Source: Polyangiaceae bacterium (GTDB lineage Bacteria; Myxococcota_A; Polyangia; Polyangiales; Polyangiaceae). From it: 64,000 nucleotides of DNA. A model generated the notes under the pieces. That model had not been told where the DNA came from. It made no database searches and worked only from the letters and a program-made list of their open reading frames with translations. The stretch is from assembly GCA_044222475.1 (NCBI GenBank), contig JBGANF010000020.1, positions 1 through 64,000 of the forward strand, in the 5' to 3' direction. Below, one piece after another: positions 27,753 through 38,200 of this stretch (the first letter of the stretch is position 1; each line of letters starts with the position of its first letter). The translations under genes and the position numbers were made by a program.

Positions 27753-28757
27753 ATGCGGGTCGTCGCGCTCAACGTCGGTTCCTCCACCGTCAAGTGGTCC
27801 ACGTTCGACGGAGTCGAGCGCGACGAGCCGTGGCCCATGAAGCGACAAGCGTCGTCCGGCGCGCTCAGCGACGACGCGCTGCATGCTCTCCTGCACGGAG
27901 CCGACGTCGTCGCGCACCGCGTCGTGCACGGCGGCGCGCGACGCGCTCCGGCGATCGTCGACGACGAGCTCGTCCACGCCATCGAGGAGCTCGTGCCGCT
28001 CGCGCCGCTTCACCTGCCTCCGGCCCTCGCCGTGCTGAGGCGAGCGCGCGCTGCGACGCGCGCGCCGCAGGTCGCCTGCTTCGACACCGCGTTCCACGCG
28101 ACGCTCCCGGCGGTCGCGGCTCGGTTCGCCGTGTCCGACGCGGCGACCGCGCTCGGCGTCCGGCGCTACGGGTTCCACGGGCTCTCGTACGAGTACGTAC
28201 GCGGGACGCTCGGGTCCGCGCCGCCTTCGCGCGTCGTGGTCCTTCACCTCGGCAACGGCGCGAGCGCGTGCGCCATGAAGGACGGCGTCTCGATCGACAC
28301 GACGATGGGCATGACGCCGACCGGCGGGTTCCCGATGGGCACTCGCTCCGGCGATCTCGACCCTGGCGTGCTCCTCTTCTTGATGCGCGAGCACGGCTAC
28401 GACGAAGCGAGGCTCGCGAAGCTGCTCGAGCACGAGTCGGGACTCCTCGGCATGGGCGGCACCGCCGACATGCGCGAGCTCCTCGCGCGCCGCGCGAGCG
28501 ACGACCGCGCGCGCCTCGCGGTCGACGTCTTCGTGTACTCGATCAAGAAGACGGTCGGCGCGTTCGCCGCTGCGCTCGGCGGGCTCGACCTGCTCGTGTT
28601 CACCGGCGGCATCGGCGAGCACGCGACCGAGGTGCGCGATGCGATCACGTCGGGCCTCGCACACCTCGGCGCGTTCGAGGTGCGGGTCGTGGAGACGAAC
28701 GAAGAGCTCGTGATGGCGAGACACGCGAGCGCCCTCTGTCCACCGGGCGGGTTTTAG
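27753..28757 (+). CDS. ackA: Acetate/propionate kinase
   Basis: NVGSSTVK, HRVVHGG, APLH, FDTAFH, RRYGFHGLSY, HLGNGAS, FTGGIGE, TNEE. Confidence 0.95.
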   Translation: MRVVALNVGSSTVKWSTFDGVERDEPWPMKRQASSGALSDDALHALLHGADVVAHRVVHGGARRAPAIVDDELVHAIEELVPLAPLHLPPALAVLRRARAATRAPQVACFDTAFHATLPAVAARFAVSDAATALGVRRYGFHGLSYEYVRGTLGSAPPSRVVVLHLGNGASACAMKDGVSIDTTMGMTPTGGFPMGTRSGDLDPGVLLFLMREHGYDEARLAKLLEHESGLLGMGGTADMRELLARRASDDRARLAVDVFVYSIKKTVGAFAAALGGLDLLVFTGGIGEHATEVRDAITSGLAHLGAFEVRVVETNEELVMARHASALCPPGGF

Positions 28758-28816
28758 ACCGTTTCAGGAGCGATTCTCGCTAGTTCCAGCATGATGACCT
28801 CTGCGGAGGATTCGCC

Positions 28817-30676
28817 ATGCACAAGGTCTTCGTTGCACTTTCAGCATGCTCGGCCCTGGTTCTCGCGGGGTGCGGCAGCCACCCGAGCGGCTTCGACCCG
28901 CAGAGCGACGGCGGCGCGTCCGACGCCGGCCTCGATCCCGACGTCGCGTTCTCTCCCGGCGACGGCGGTGGCTGCGGCATCGGGTGCTCCCCCGACGGGA
29001 CGCAGGTCGTCGACTGCAACGGCAACGTGAAGCAGACCTGCACCGGGACCGATCGCTGCGGCGCGGGGACGTGCATGGCTCCGTGCGATGCGGCCAAGGC
29101 GAACCGCTCGTCGGTCGGGTGCGACTACTACGCGGTCGACATGTCGGCGATCGGCGCCGGCTACGGCGCGTGCTTCGTCGCGTTCTTCGCCAACACGTTC
29201 ACGACCAACGCGAAGATCCAAGCGAGCTTCGGCGGAAACGCGCTCGACCTCGCGAAGTACGCGAAGATCCCGAAGGGCAGCGGCATCAACGTCAGCTACG
29301 GCGACTATGATCCCAACGTGGGATTGCCCCCGGGCGAGGTCGCGATCCTGTTCCTCGCCAACGATCCCAAGGCGCACGGCAACTGGCTGCCGGCCAAGGC
29401 GTGCCCGGTGCCGGCCGCGGTCGGGCTCGAGGCGCAGAACAAGTGGACCAACTACGGGATCAGCACCCACAAGCGCATGACGTTCCACGTGACGAGCGAC
29501 GTGCCGGTCGTCGGCTACCAGATGCTGCCGTACGGCGGCGGCTCGGCCGCGCTCACCGGCGCGACGCTGCTTCTCCCGACGAGCGCGTGGGACGACAACT
29601 ACGTCGGCGCGAGCGCGCTGTGGGCAGCCGACTTCCAGGGCATGGCGATCCCTCCGACGATGGCGATCGTCGCGAAGGAAGACACGCAGGTCACGATGCT
29701 GCCGACCGTGCCGGTGAAGTCCGGCTACGACGGCTTCACGACCGACGCGCCGGCCAACGCGCCGCTGAAGTTCTCGCTGAAGGCCGGCGAGACCGTCGAG
29801 TTCATCCAGACCCAAGAGCTCACCGGCAGCGCGATCAAGGCCGACCACCCCGTCGCGGTGTTCGCCGGACACATGGGCTTGAGGATCCCGTTCAACGTGG
29901 ACTGGAGCGATCACGCCGAGCAGCAAATCCCCCCGGTGCGCGCGATGGGGCACGACTATGCGGGGGTGAGCTACCGCGATCGCGTCGCCGGCGTCGTGGA
30001 GGATCGCCTCTGGCGCATCGTCGGCGCGGTCGACGGCACGTCGCTCACGTTCGACCCGCCGATCGCGGGCGCGCCGGCCACCATCGGCTACGGCAAAATC
30101 GCCGAGTTCCACACCGACGTGCCGTTCCACGTGAAGAGCCAGGACAAGGATCACCCGTTCATGGTGTTCACGTACATGTCCGGCTCGGCGAACCTCGCGG
30201 AGAAGGGCGGCGGCGTCGGTTACGGCGATCCCGACTTCCTGCGCCTGGTGCCCGGGCCTCAGTTCATGAACCGCTACGTCTTCCTCACCGATCCGACGTA
30301 CCCGGAGACGAACCTCGTCCTCGTGCGAAAGCGCGGTCAGAGCGGCTTCGCCGAGGTGAACCTCGACTGCCTCGGGAACGTGGGCGGCTGGGCCGACGTC
30401 GGCAAGGACGGCCAGTACCAGGTTGCGCGCGTCGACCTCTCGAAGGACAACTTCGTCGCCCAGGGCAAATGCAACAACGGCCGCCACGAGGCGACGAGCG
30501 CGAGTCCGTTCGGCGTGTACGTGTGGGGGTGGGGCTCGCCCAAGACGCGCCCGAACGAGTCGTCGCCGTGCGACGTGACCAAGCCCGACAACTCGTGCGA
30601 CGTCAGCTACGCCTACGCCGCCGGGGAAAACGCAGCTCCCATCAACGACGTGGTGGTCCTCCCGCAGCCGAAATGA
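28817..30676 (+). CDS. IgGFc-binding-domain lipoprotein
   Basis: LAGC lipobox; SSVGCDYY, ATLLLPTSAW, DHAEQQIPP, GDP, PFGVYVWG. Confidence 0.8.
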   Translation: MHKVFVALSACSALVLAGCGSHPSGFDPQSDGGASDAGLDPDVAFSPGDGGGCGIGCSPDGTQVVDCNGNVKQTCTGTDRCGAGTCMAPCDAAKANRSSVGCDYYAVDMSAIGAGYGACFVAFFANTFTTNAKIQASFGGNALDLAKYAKIPKGSGINVSYGDYDPNVGLPPGEVAILFLANDPKAHGNWLPAKACPVPAAVGLEAQNKWTNYGISTHKRMTFHVTSDVPVVGYQMLPYGGGSAALTGATLLLPTSAWDDNYVGASALWAADFQGMAIPPTMAIVAKEDTQVTMLPTVPVKSGYDGFTTDAPANAPLKFSLKAGETVEFIQTQELTGSAIKADHPVAVFAGHMGLRIPFNVDWSDHAEQQIPPVRAMGHDYAGVSYRDRVAGVVEDRLWRIVGAVDGTSLTFDPPIAGAPATIGYGKIAEFHTDVPFHVKSQDKDHPFMVFTYMSGSANLAEKGGGVGYGDPDFLRLVPGPQFMNRYVFLTDPTYPETNLVLVRKRGQSGFAEVNLDCLGNVGGWADVGKDGQYQVARVDLSKDNFVAQGKCNNGRHEATSASPFGVYVWGWGSPKTRPNESSPCDVTKPDNSCDVSYAYAAGENAAPINDVVVLPQPK

Positions 30677-30719
30677 CGTGCTGGCGCGCGGGCGCGACGT
30701 TCGCTACCGTGCGCCCGCC

Positions 30720-31250
30720 ATGGAACTTCGCGCCGATGCCACCATCCCGTTCCCGCGTCCCGTCGTCTTCGCCGCCTACCGCGACAAGCTGCAGGACATG
30801 CTCGAGTACCTGCCGAACGTCCGGAAGATCGAGGTGCGCAAGCGCGAGGAAGACGGCAAGACGATCAAGCTCCTGAACTTCTGGCAGGGCGGGGGAGACA
30901 TCCCGGCCGCGGCCCGCGCGTTCGTCAGCGAGGCGATGTTGTCGTGGCTCGACTACGCGACCTGGAACGAGGAGACGTACACCTGCGAGTGGCGCATCGA
31001 ACCGGGCGCGATGACCGAGGCGATTACCTGCAAGGGCCACAACAAGTTCACGCAGCTCGACGGCGACGGCGGGACTCACCTCGAGATCCGCGGCGAGCTG
31101 ACGATCGACCCGAAGAAGCTGAAGGGCGTGCCCGGGTTCATCTCGGGCAAGGTCGCGAAGACCGTGGAGGATCTCCTCGCGTCGAAGATTCGCCCGAACC
31201 TCGTCGGCACCGCCGACGGCGTCACGAAGTGGCTCAAGGCCAAGGGCTGA
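30720..31250 (+). CDS. SRPBCC/START-like (DUF2505-like) protein
   Basis: VFAAYRD, YLPNV, DIPAAAR, C-terminal long helix. Confidence 0.65.
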   Translation: MELRADATIPFPRPVVFAAYRDKLQDMLEYLPNVRKIEVRKREEDGKTIKLLNFWQGGGDIPAAARAFVSEAMLSWLDYATWNEETYTCEWRIEPGAMTEAITCKGHNKFTQLDGDGGTHLEIRGELTIDPKKLKGVPGFISGKVAKTVEDLLASKIRPNLVGTADGVTKWLKAKG

Positions 31251-31308
31251 GAGGCCTTCACACAACTTCATGGAACCGGGGGAGGCTCGTGCCAACATTG
31301 GCGCGCAC

Positions 31309-32124
31309 ATGAAGCTCGAGCGCCGCCCCCTCGGTCCTGGTCCGAACTCGCCCCTCGTCGCTCCCCTCGGCCTCGCCGGATCGTACGGTCTCGACGCCGA
31401 CGGCGTGGAGCGCGCGTACCACGAGTGGGGCATCAACTACTTCTTCGTCACGATGAAGATGAAGCCGATGATCGAGGGCATCAAGCGCCTCATCGCGGCC
31501 GGTCATCGCGACGACCTCGTGATCTGCTCGGGCGCGAGCATCCCGACCGGCTCGGGCGTGAAGTCGGCGTTCGAGAAGGCCGCGAAGACGCTCGGCACCG
31601 ATCGCATCGACGTGTTCCAGGTGTTCTGGGTTCAGTACCACTGGTACGTGACCGGGAAGACGTGGCCGGCGATGCGCGAGCTCAAGGAGTCGGGCAAGGT
31701 CGGCAAGCTCGGCGTGTCGATCCACGATCGGGTGATGGCGCGGAAGCTCGTCGACGAGCTGGGTCTCGATCTCCTGATGATCCGGTACAACGCGGCGCAC
31801 CGCGGGGCGGAGAAGGAGATCTTCGCGACGCTCCCCGAGCAGCGGCCGGCGATCGTCGCGTACACCGCGACGCGCTGGGGGAAGCTGCTTCAGCCGGTGA
31901 AGGGCCTCGGTCCGATGAGCGCGGAGGAGTGCTACCGGTTTCCGATCTCGAACCCGAACGTCGATCTGGTGCTGTGCGGCCCGAAGACCTACGACGAGCT
32001 CGCGATCGACGCCGCAGGCGTCGCGAAGGGGCCGCTCCCCGAGTCGCGCCTCGGCGAAGTGAAGACCTTCGGAGACGCGGTGCGCTCGACCGCGACGGGC
32101 ACGCTGGGCTTCGCGGGGATCTGA
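31309..32124 (+). CDS. Aldo/keto reductase family
   Basis: LGTDRIDVF, LKESGKVGKLGVS, IRYNAAHR. Confidence 0.88.
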   Translation: MKLERRPLGPGPNSPLVAPLGLAGSYGLDADGVERAYHEWGINYFFVTMKMKPMIEGIKRLIAAGHRDDLVICSGASIPTGSGVKSAFEKAAKTLGTDRIDVFQVFWVQYHWYVTGKTWPAMRELKESGKVGKLGVSIHDRVMARKLVDELGLDLLMIRYNAAHRGAEKEIFATLPEQRPAIVAYTATRWGKLLQPVKGLGPMSAEECYRFPISNPNVDLVLCGPKTYDELAIDAAGVAKGPLPESRLGEVKTFGDAVRSTATGTLGFAGI

Positions 32125-32146
32125 CGCGTCGACCCGCAGACCTCCT

Positions 32147-32260
32147 CAGAGCGAGAGAACAGGAAGGTCGGAAGGTCGGAAGGTCAGAATGGGTTTGCCC
32201 CCGATGCCGACCCTCTGAATACTTCCCGTCCTTCCGCCCTTCCTGTTCTCTCTCTCTCTG
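32147..32260. repeat. Inverted-repeat doublet of the 8500/10073 family between convergent genes
   Basis: GAGAGAACAGGAAGGTCGGAAGG ... CCTTCCGCCCTTCCTGTTCTCTC. Confidence 0.8.
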
Positions 32261-32262
32261 GG

Positions 32263-33333
32263 TCAGGGCGGTGGTGGGTCGGCAATGCCGGGCGGCGCCT
32301 CCGCGTCCTTCACGAGGAGCGCCGTCAGCGTGCCCGAGCCCTTGCCGCTCGACGAGCTGCCGATCGCCACGTCGTCGGCGGAGAGCGAGCCCGAGCCGAG
32401 GACGCCGCCGTTCTTGTCCTTCGCGAACGACGACGTGAGACGCGTGTTGCGCAAGGTGACCACCGGGCTCGTCACGAAGATGTCGACCGGGAGGTTCACG
32501 AACTGCGCCGTGCCGTCGGGTTGATCGACGACGCAGCCCTTCGCCACGAACGAGTAGCTCGATACCGGGTTGGTATCGGCGATGAAGTCGGGGTACTCGG
32601 TCACGCCGTCCGAGCGGGTCGACGGAGCGACGCACGTCGGCGGCCCGGGGATGGTGCGGCACGCATCGGTGCTCGGGCATCCGTTCGGGCAGCGCTTGGG
32701 GTCTTGGTTGCGGCCCGCGCGGACGAAGAAGGAAGAGAACTTCCCGGTCGCCGGGTCGACGACGATCTTCGCCCAGAGTCGCACCTGCGTGCCGAGGGGC
32801 TTCACCACGTCGATGAGGACGAAGTAGTAGCCCGACGCCGGAAGCACGTTCGTCGGGGCGCTGCACTTCAGGTCGAACTGGTAGCCGAAGTTGATCTTGC
32901 GCCGCGCGTTCGTCGTGACGTCGCTGCCGATCGCGTGGAGGCCGGGCTCGATCAACAAGACGAGCCCAGGGTTGATGGGGAACGCGCCGGTGGGCGCGAT
33001 CGTGAACGTGGTCTTGTCGGCGTTGAACTCGCCGATGCCGCCCTTCTCGCCGTCGCGATCGCTGAAGGTGTAGACCGTCTGGAGATCGCCGGGAGGGTCG
33101 GTCTCGTCGCCGAGGCGGCCGCGGTTGTCGAGGATGTTCTTGGCGATCTTGAGCTGCAGGGTGCTCGTGTCGATCGGCTTCGTGAAGCGGACGACGACCG
33201 GCGCCGCCGGGTCGGGCAGAAGGTTCGCGTTCGCTTCGGGGAGGAACGCCTCGGGAGGAGCTTCGTACGTCTCGCACGCCGGCGCCTGGAGCGCGGCGAG
33301 CACGATGAGAGCGGGGAAGAGAAGGCGTCGCAT
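32263..33333 (-). CDS. Lipoprotein with N-terminal Ig-like (Big_5-like) domain
   Basis: APAC lipobox; PVVVRFTKPID, FTIAPT, Cys-rich loop. Confidence 0.7.
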   Translation of the reverse strand: MRRLLFPALIVLAALQAPACETYEAPPEAFLPEANANLLPDPAAPVVVRFTKPIDTSTLQLKIAKNILDNRGRLGDETDPPGDLQTVYTFSDRDGEKGGIGEFNADKTTFTIAPTGAFPINPGLVLLIEPGLHAIGSDVTTNARRKINFGYQFDLKCSAPTNVLPASGYYFVLIDVVKPLGTQVRLWAKIVVDPATGKFSSFFVRAGRNQDPKRCPNGCPSTDACRTIPGPPTCVAPSTRSDGVTEYPDFIADTNPVSSYSFVAKGCVVDQPDGTAQFVNLPVDIFVTSPVVTLRNTRLTSSFAKDKNGGVLGSGSLSADDVAIGSSSSGKGSGTLTALLVKDAEAPPGIADPPPP

Positions 33334-33341
33334 CGTCGTCC

Positions 33342-35237
33342 TCACAGATAGAACGTCGTCCGGCCTTGGACGAGGAAGCTCCGAACGGCGTAGCCGTCCA
33401 CGTTTTGTAGCGCGTCCCCGGGAAAGAGCAGCGCGCCTTCGAGGTCGAACACGAAATGGTTCAAGAGTCGGTACTGGAGCCTCAGGTCGATCTCCGTTCC
33501 GTAGTAGCGGCCCGGCTTTCCGCCAGCGAAGTTGACGAGATCGTCCTCGATGTTGACGCTCTTGCGCCGCTGCAGCGAGGCGACGGGATCGATGAGCGGC
33601 GCGCTCGTCCACGCGAACATGACGCCGGCGCGGATCATGAAGTTCTTCACCGGCTTCAGGTCGAACTGCGGGAACAGCACCATCGCGTTGGTCATGCCGC
33701 CGCGGGTCGCGATGGCCTCGGTGGGGAGAGTCGCCGCGCCTAGGCGCTTGAGTAGCTCGGTGCCGGCGGCTGCGGCGCGGGCGGTCTGGAACGCGAGCAC
33801 CTGCTTGAAGAGGAGCAATCCCACGTTGGTATCCTGGCCCCAGACGAAGTTGCTCAGCGTCGCCCGCGACGTCGGATCGGCGCTGCCCGAGGCGTAGTCG
33901 GCCTCGAGGTAGGCGGTGTAGATCGGCCGGTCGTAGCGCACGGTGAAGCGCGCTCCGCCCTGGAGGATGTTCTGGTCGACGACGGGGTCGTTCGTGATCT
34001 TCTGATACGCGGTCGAGATCTCGCGCGTGGAGCCGACGTTGAGCGCGGTGTCGAAGCCGAAGAAGAAATCGCCGAGGCGCGAGTAGTAGCGAACGCCGAA
34101 GCTGGAGACTCCCGAAAGCGAGCTCCACCGGTGGACGCCGTAGACGTTGACGAAGAAGTCCTCGATGGGGCCGAGCTTGTCGCTTCCGTAGCGCACGATC
34201 CCGCCGAACTGGTGGACGTCGTCGCCGAACGCCTGGGGGCTGTCGGTCACGAGCCGGTCGTAGGCGAGCGCGGTGATGAGGCCGTGCGCGCGATCGAGGT
34301 CGCGTTTGTCCTTCGGCTTGAAGGCCTCGAGCGGCTTCGTCGCGAAGGCGATGCGATCGACGTAGCCGCCGCTCCCGGCGATGCCGAAGCGGTTCTGCCG
34401 TCCGTCGCCGTCCGCGATCTGGACGCCCATGCCTTCGATGAAGGGCTGACGGCCGACGCGAATCAGTCCGATCGGCGTGACGACGTCGCCGTAGGCGCGG
34501 CGGATGTTGATCGCGCTCGCCGGGCAGAGCCCCCAGCCGTAGCTCCCGTTGTCGAGCGGGTCGAGCCCGGGCGCGCGGAGCTGCATGCAGACCGACGCGA
34601 GGTTCGGGTTCTTCGCGTTGATGTTCGCGCCGGCGTTCGACGACGGGTTGCCGCCGAGCGAGCCGTTGTCACCCCAGAGCACGCCGTCGAGGAGGTCGGC
34701 CGAGAACACGAGACGGGCCATCTCTCGGTAGTCGACGGCGGCGTCGACGCGGATGCGCTGCTCGATCGTCGAGAGGTTGCGCGCAGTGTCGGTCGTGAGG
34801 CTGACCGGGCGAACGTACGTGTACTGTGCACGGTACTCGACGCCGCCGCGGAAGCCGAAGTTGGCCGGCAGCGCGATCCGGTTGGCCGGCTTCGCGGGGT
34901 CGCGATCGATCCAGGGCTCGCCGTAGTGCCACTTGAACGGTCGGGCGGGGCCGGCCCTTCGGTGGGCCTCTTCGTCGGACTCGTCGTCGTCGTCGCTCGC
35001 GCTCGCGTCGGCCGGCTTCGCATCCGCCGGCGCCGCGTCGCCCGGCTTCGCGTCGGCTGGCTTTGCGTCGGCTGGCTTCGCGTCCACCGGCTTGGGGTCG
35101 GGGTTGGCGGGCGGAGGCGGGTCGGCAGGTTTCGCGTCGACCGGCTTCGGCGGCTCGACCGGACCCGCGTCTTGGGCCCAGGCCGAAGCAGAGAGGGAGA
35201 CGAACAGCGGGACGAGGAGGGCGGCGGCGCGTCTCAC
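33342..35237 (-). CDS. Outer-membrane beta-barrel protein
   Basis: Signal peptide AWA-Q, PADAK linker, IRVGRQP, YGTEIDL, amphipathic strands, C-terminal TTFYL. Confidence 0.8.
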   Translation of the reverse strand: MRRAAALLVPLFVSLSASAWAQDAGPVEPPKPVDAKPADPPPPANPDPKPVDAKPADAKPADAKPGDAAPADAKPADASASDDDDESDEEAHRRAGPARPFKWHYGEPWIDRDPAKPANRIALPANFGFRGGVEYRAQYTYVRPVSLTTDTARNLSTIEQRIRVDAAVDYREMARLVFSADLLDGVLWGDNGSLGGNPSSNAGANINAKNPNLASVCMQLRAPGLDPLDNGSYGWGLCPASAINIRRAYGDVVTPIGLIRVGRQPFIEGMGVQIADGDGRQNRFGIAGSGGYVDRIAFATKPLEAFKPKDKRDLDRAHGLITALAYDRLVTDSPQAFGDDVHQFGGIVRYGSDKLGPIEDFFVNVYGVHRWSSLSGVSSFGVRYYSRLGDFFFGFDTALNVGSTREISTAYQKITNDPVVDQNILQGGARFTVRYDRPIYTAYLEADYASGSADPTSRATLSNFVWGQDTNVGLLLFKQVLAFQTARAAAAGTELLKRLGAATLPTEAIATRGGMTNAMVLFPQFDLKPVKNFMIRAGVMFAWTSAPLIDPVASLQRRKSVNIEDDLVNFAGGKPGRYYGTEIDLRLQYRLLNHFVFDLEGALLFPGDALQNVDGYAVRSFLVQGRTTFYL

Positions 35238-35287
35238 GGCACCAAGGTAGCCGAATGTACGCCGTAAAGTGGGGCAAATCAGCGCGG

Positions 35288-38200
35288 CTATTTCTCTTTG
35301 TGCAGCGCGTCGAGGCGGGTGAGGTCCGTGAGCGGGCGTACCTCCTGGGGGAGCGGCCATATCGCGAGCTCCTCGTCGAGGCCGCTCGCGGCGCGGCTGA
35401 AGAACCGCGTGCCGTCGCCGCTCCACCCGATCGCGTTGACCGCCTCTCGATGGGCTTGCGCGACGTCGAGCAGGTGACCGGTGCGCGCGTCCCAGATCCG
35501 CGCTGCGCCGTCGTCGTGGCTGGTGAGGACGAACGCTCCGTCGGGGCTGTACACGCCGTCGGCGATGCGGCTGCGCTCGCCTTCGAGGACGAAGAGCACG
35601 GCGCCGGTCGCAACGTCCCACACGCGAGCGGTCTTCAGGTCGCTGGTGGTGAGCGCGCGTGTCCCATCGGGGGACAACCGAGCGCGCCGGTCCTCGGCGG
35701 CGGTGCCGCGGAGCGTGCCCACCGTCTCGCCGGCGGCGTCGAAGATGCGGACCATGCCGTCGTCGCAGGGGACGGCGAAGCGCCCGCCGTGACCGGTGTC
35801 GGCGCTGACCGAGGCGTCGCTGAACTTCGCCGCCTTGTGGGCGAGCGTCTTCACCATCGCGCCGGTCTCTGCGTTCCACACGGTGAGCACCTCGCCGTCG
35901 GTGCGGGTGAGCACGCGCCGGCCCTCGTCGAAGTACGCCGCGAGCGTGACCGCGCCGGAGTGGGGGAGGAGCGCGATCGGTTCCTTCTTGTCGCGCACCC
36001 ACAGGCGCACCGTCTTCTCGTCGCCGGCGGTGAGGAAGCGCTTGCCGTCGGGGGCGAACGCGACCGCCATCACCTTGCCGCCGTGCTCGAGCGTCGTCAC
36101 GAGGGCGCCGTCCTTCCCGTAGAGGCGCGCCTTGCCGTCGGCGCCGGCGGTGAGGACGCTACCGTCGCTGGCGACGGCGGCGGCGAGCACCCCCGAGTCG
36201 CTGCCGGCCGCGTGCGTGCCGAGCGGCTGCCGGGCCTTGGTGACGACGTCCACGAGGTCGGCGCCGCTCGAGTCCCAGCTGACGAGCTTCGTACCATCGT
36301 GGGACAACACGACCCCTTCGCCGGCGTGATCGAGCGTCACGTGGGACCAGTTGCACTCCGTTCGGCGGAGGAGCACGACGCCGTCCTCCGCCGACGTGAG
36401 GAGGAGCTTGCCGTCCTTCGAGAAGTCGAGATCGGTGACGGGGGCACGGTGGCCGTCGAGTGAGGCGAGGAGGGCGCCGCTGCGCGTGTCCCAGAGGCGC
36501 GTCCGCTCGTCGTCGCCGAGCGTTGCGAGGCGCGCGCCGTCGGGCGAGAGGCGGCCGTCCCCGAGGAACACGCCCCCGTCGTGGAGCACCGTCGTGACGC
36601 GCCCCGAGTCCGCGCGGTACAGCGCGGCGCGGCCGTCGTCGCCGAAGACGACGATGCGCTTGCCGTCCGTCGTGAAGCTCGCGCCGGTGATGACGCCGGT
36701 GGCGCGGAGGCGAACGAGCTCCTTGCCGGTGGCGACGTCGAAGACGTGACCTTCGCGGCTGCACCCGCTCCACGCGACGACGCGGGTCGCCGACGGGTCG
36801 AACACGGCGTTCGCCTCGCCGCGGATCTCGAGGTGCTGTGTGTCGTCGGAGCCGCCGTCGCACCCGAGCGGCGGGAGGGCGCGCGGCGCCGGTGGATCCT
36901 TCGCGAGATCCCACAGGACGACGCCGGTGCGGGCCGACGCGGTGAGGACGAGGCTCCCCGCCGGTGCGAACGCGGCCACGATGGGGAGCTTCTCTTCGGT
37001 CGCGGCAGGCGGGTGAAGCGTCGCGCGCACCTTCCCGCTCGCGACGTCGATAACGAGCGCCTCGGAGCTCCACGTCGGGAGGAGAAGTGTCGTACCATCG
37101 TGGGACAGGCTCGGGGTGACGAGGTCCCACGGCTCGTCGAGGCCGAGGACCGTCGCGCCGCTCGTCGTGTCGTAGACGACGACCCGGCGCTTCGTCGCGC
37201 CGAGGACGCGCGCGCCGTCGCCCGAGAACGATGCGTACTGCGCGCGATCGCCGAGGTCCCACTTTCGTTTCTCGGCGCCGGTGTCGCTCGCGAAGAGCCG
37301 CAGGGTGTGATCGGTGCTCGCGGTGACGAAGCTCGCCCCGTCGGGGGCGAACGACGCGGCGGCGATCGACTCGTCGTGGGCGCGCACCTCGCGAGCGGTG
37401 GCTTCGACCGCGCGGACCGCGCGCGCGAGGAGAAACCGCAGCACTGGCCCGTCGTTGCCGCCGCCGAGCGACAGCGCGAGATCGTGGAACGCGGCGGCCG
37501 GGCGACCGAGGGTCAGCTCCTGCCGGCCCTGCTCCTCGAGGATCCGCGCGGCCGACAGGCGAGCCTCGTTTCGCTGCGCCTCGGCTTCCTTCGTGAGCTC
37601 GTCGGCGCGGACGCGCGCGTTCTTCTCGTGGATCGCGTACGCGGGGAGACCGGCGAAGACGAGGAGGACCGACAGCGCGATCAACGCCGTGAGCGGCTTG
37701 TTCCGGCGCGCCGCCATCAGCGCGACGTACGAGAGCGTCGGCGCGCGGGCGGAGATCGGCCGAGCGTGGAGGAACGCGTCGAGATCGTTCGCGACGTCCT
37801 CGGCGGAGTCGTAGCGGAGGGTGCGATCCTTCTGGAGGCACTTCTCGAGGATCGTGCAGAGGTCGGCGGGGAGCTTCGGGCCGACGTCGGCCGGGGGCGT
37901 CGGCGTCTCGTGGAGGACCTGCTGCACGAGCCGAGCCTCGGTGTCGCCGTCGAACAGCGGACGCCCGGTGAAGATCTCGTAGAACGTCGCGCCGAGCGCG
38001 TAGACGTCGACCCGCCGATCGAGATCGCCGGCGTTTCGCTGGAGCTGCTCGGGCGGCATGTACCGAAGCGTGCCGAGGATCGAGCTCGTGTCCTTCGTGA
38101 TCGATCGGCTCGCGTTGCCCATCGCGACGAGCCCGAGGTCCATGAGCACGATCCGGTGATCGGCGTTGGTGACCATCAGGTTCCCGGGCTTGAGATCGCG

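Noticed and set aside
21959..27982. 2007-aa minus-strand ORF and similar long shadow ORFs (36581-39601, 58389-60353)
   Set aside because: Antisense shadows of well-supported genes in high-GC DNA
35010..35160. 15-bp tandem repeats as possible array
   Set aside because: Coding PADAK linker, no spacers
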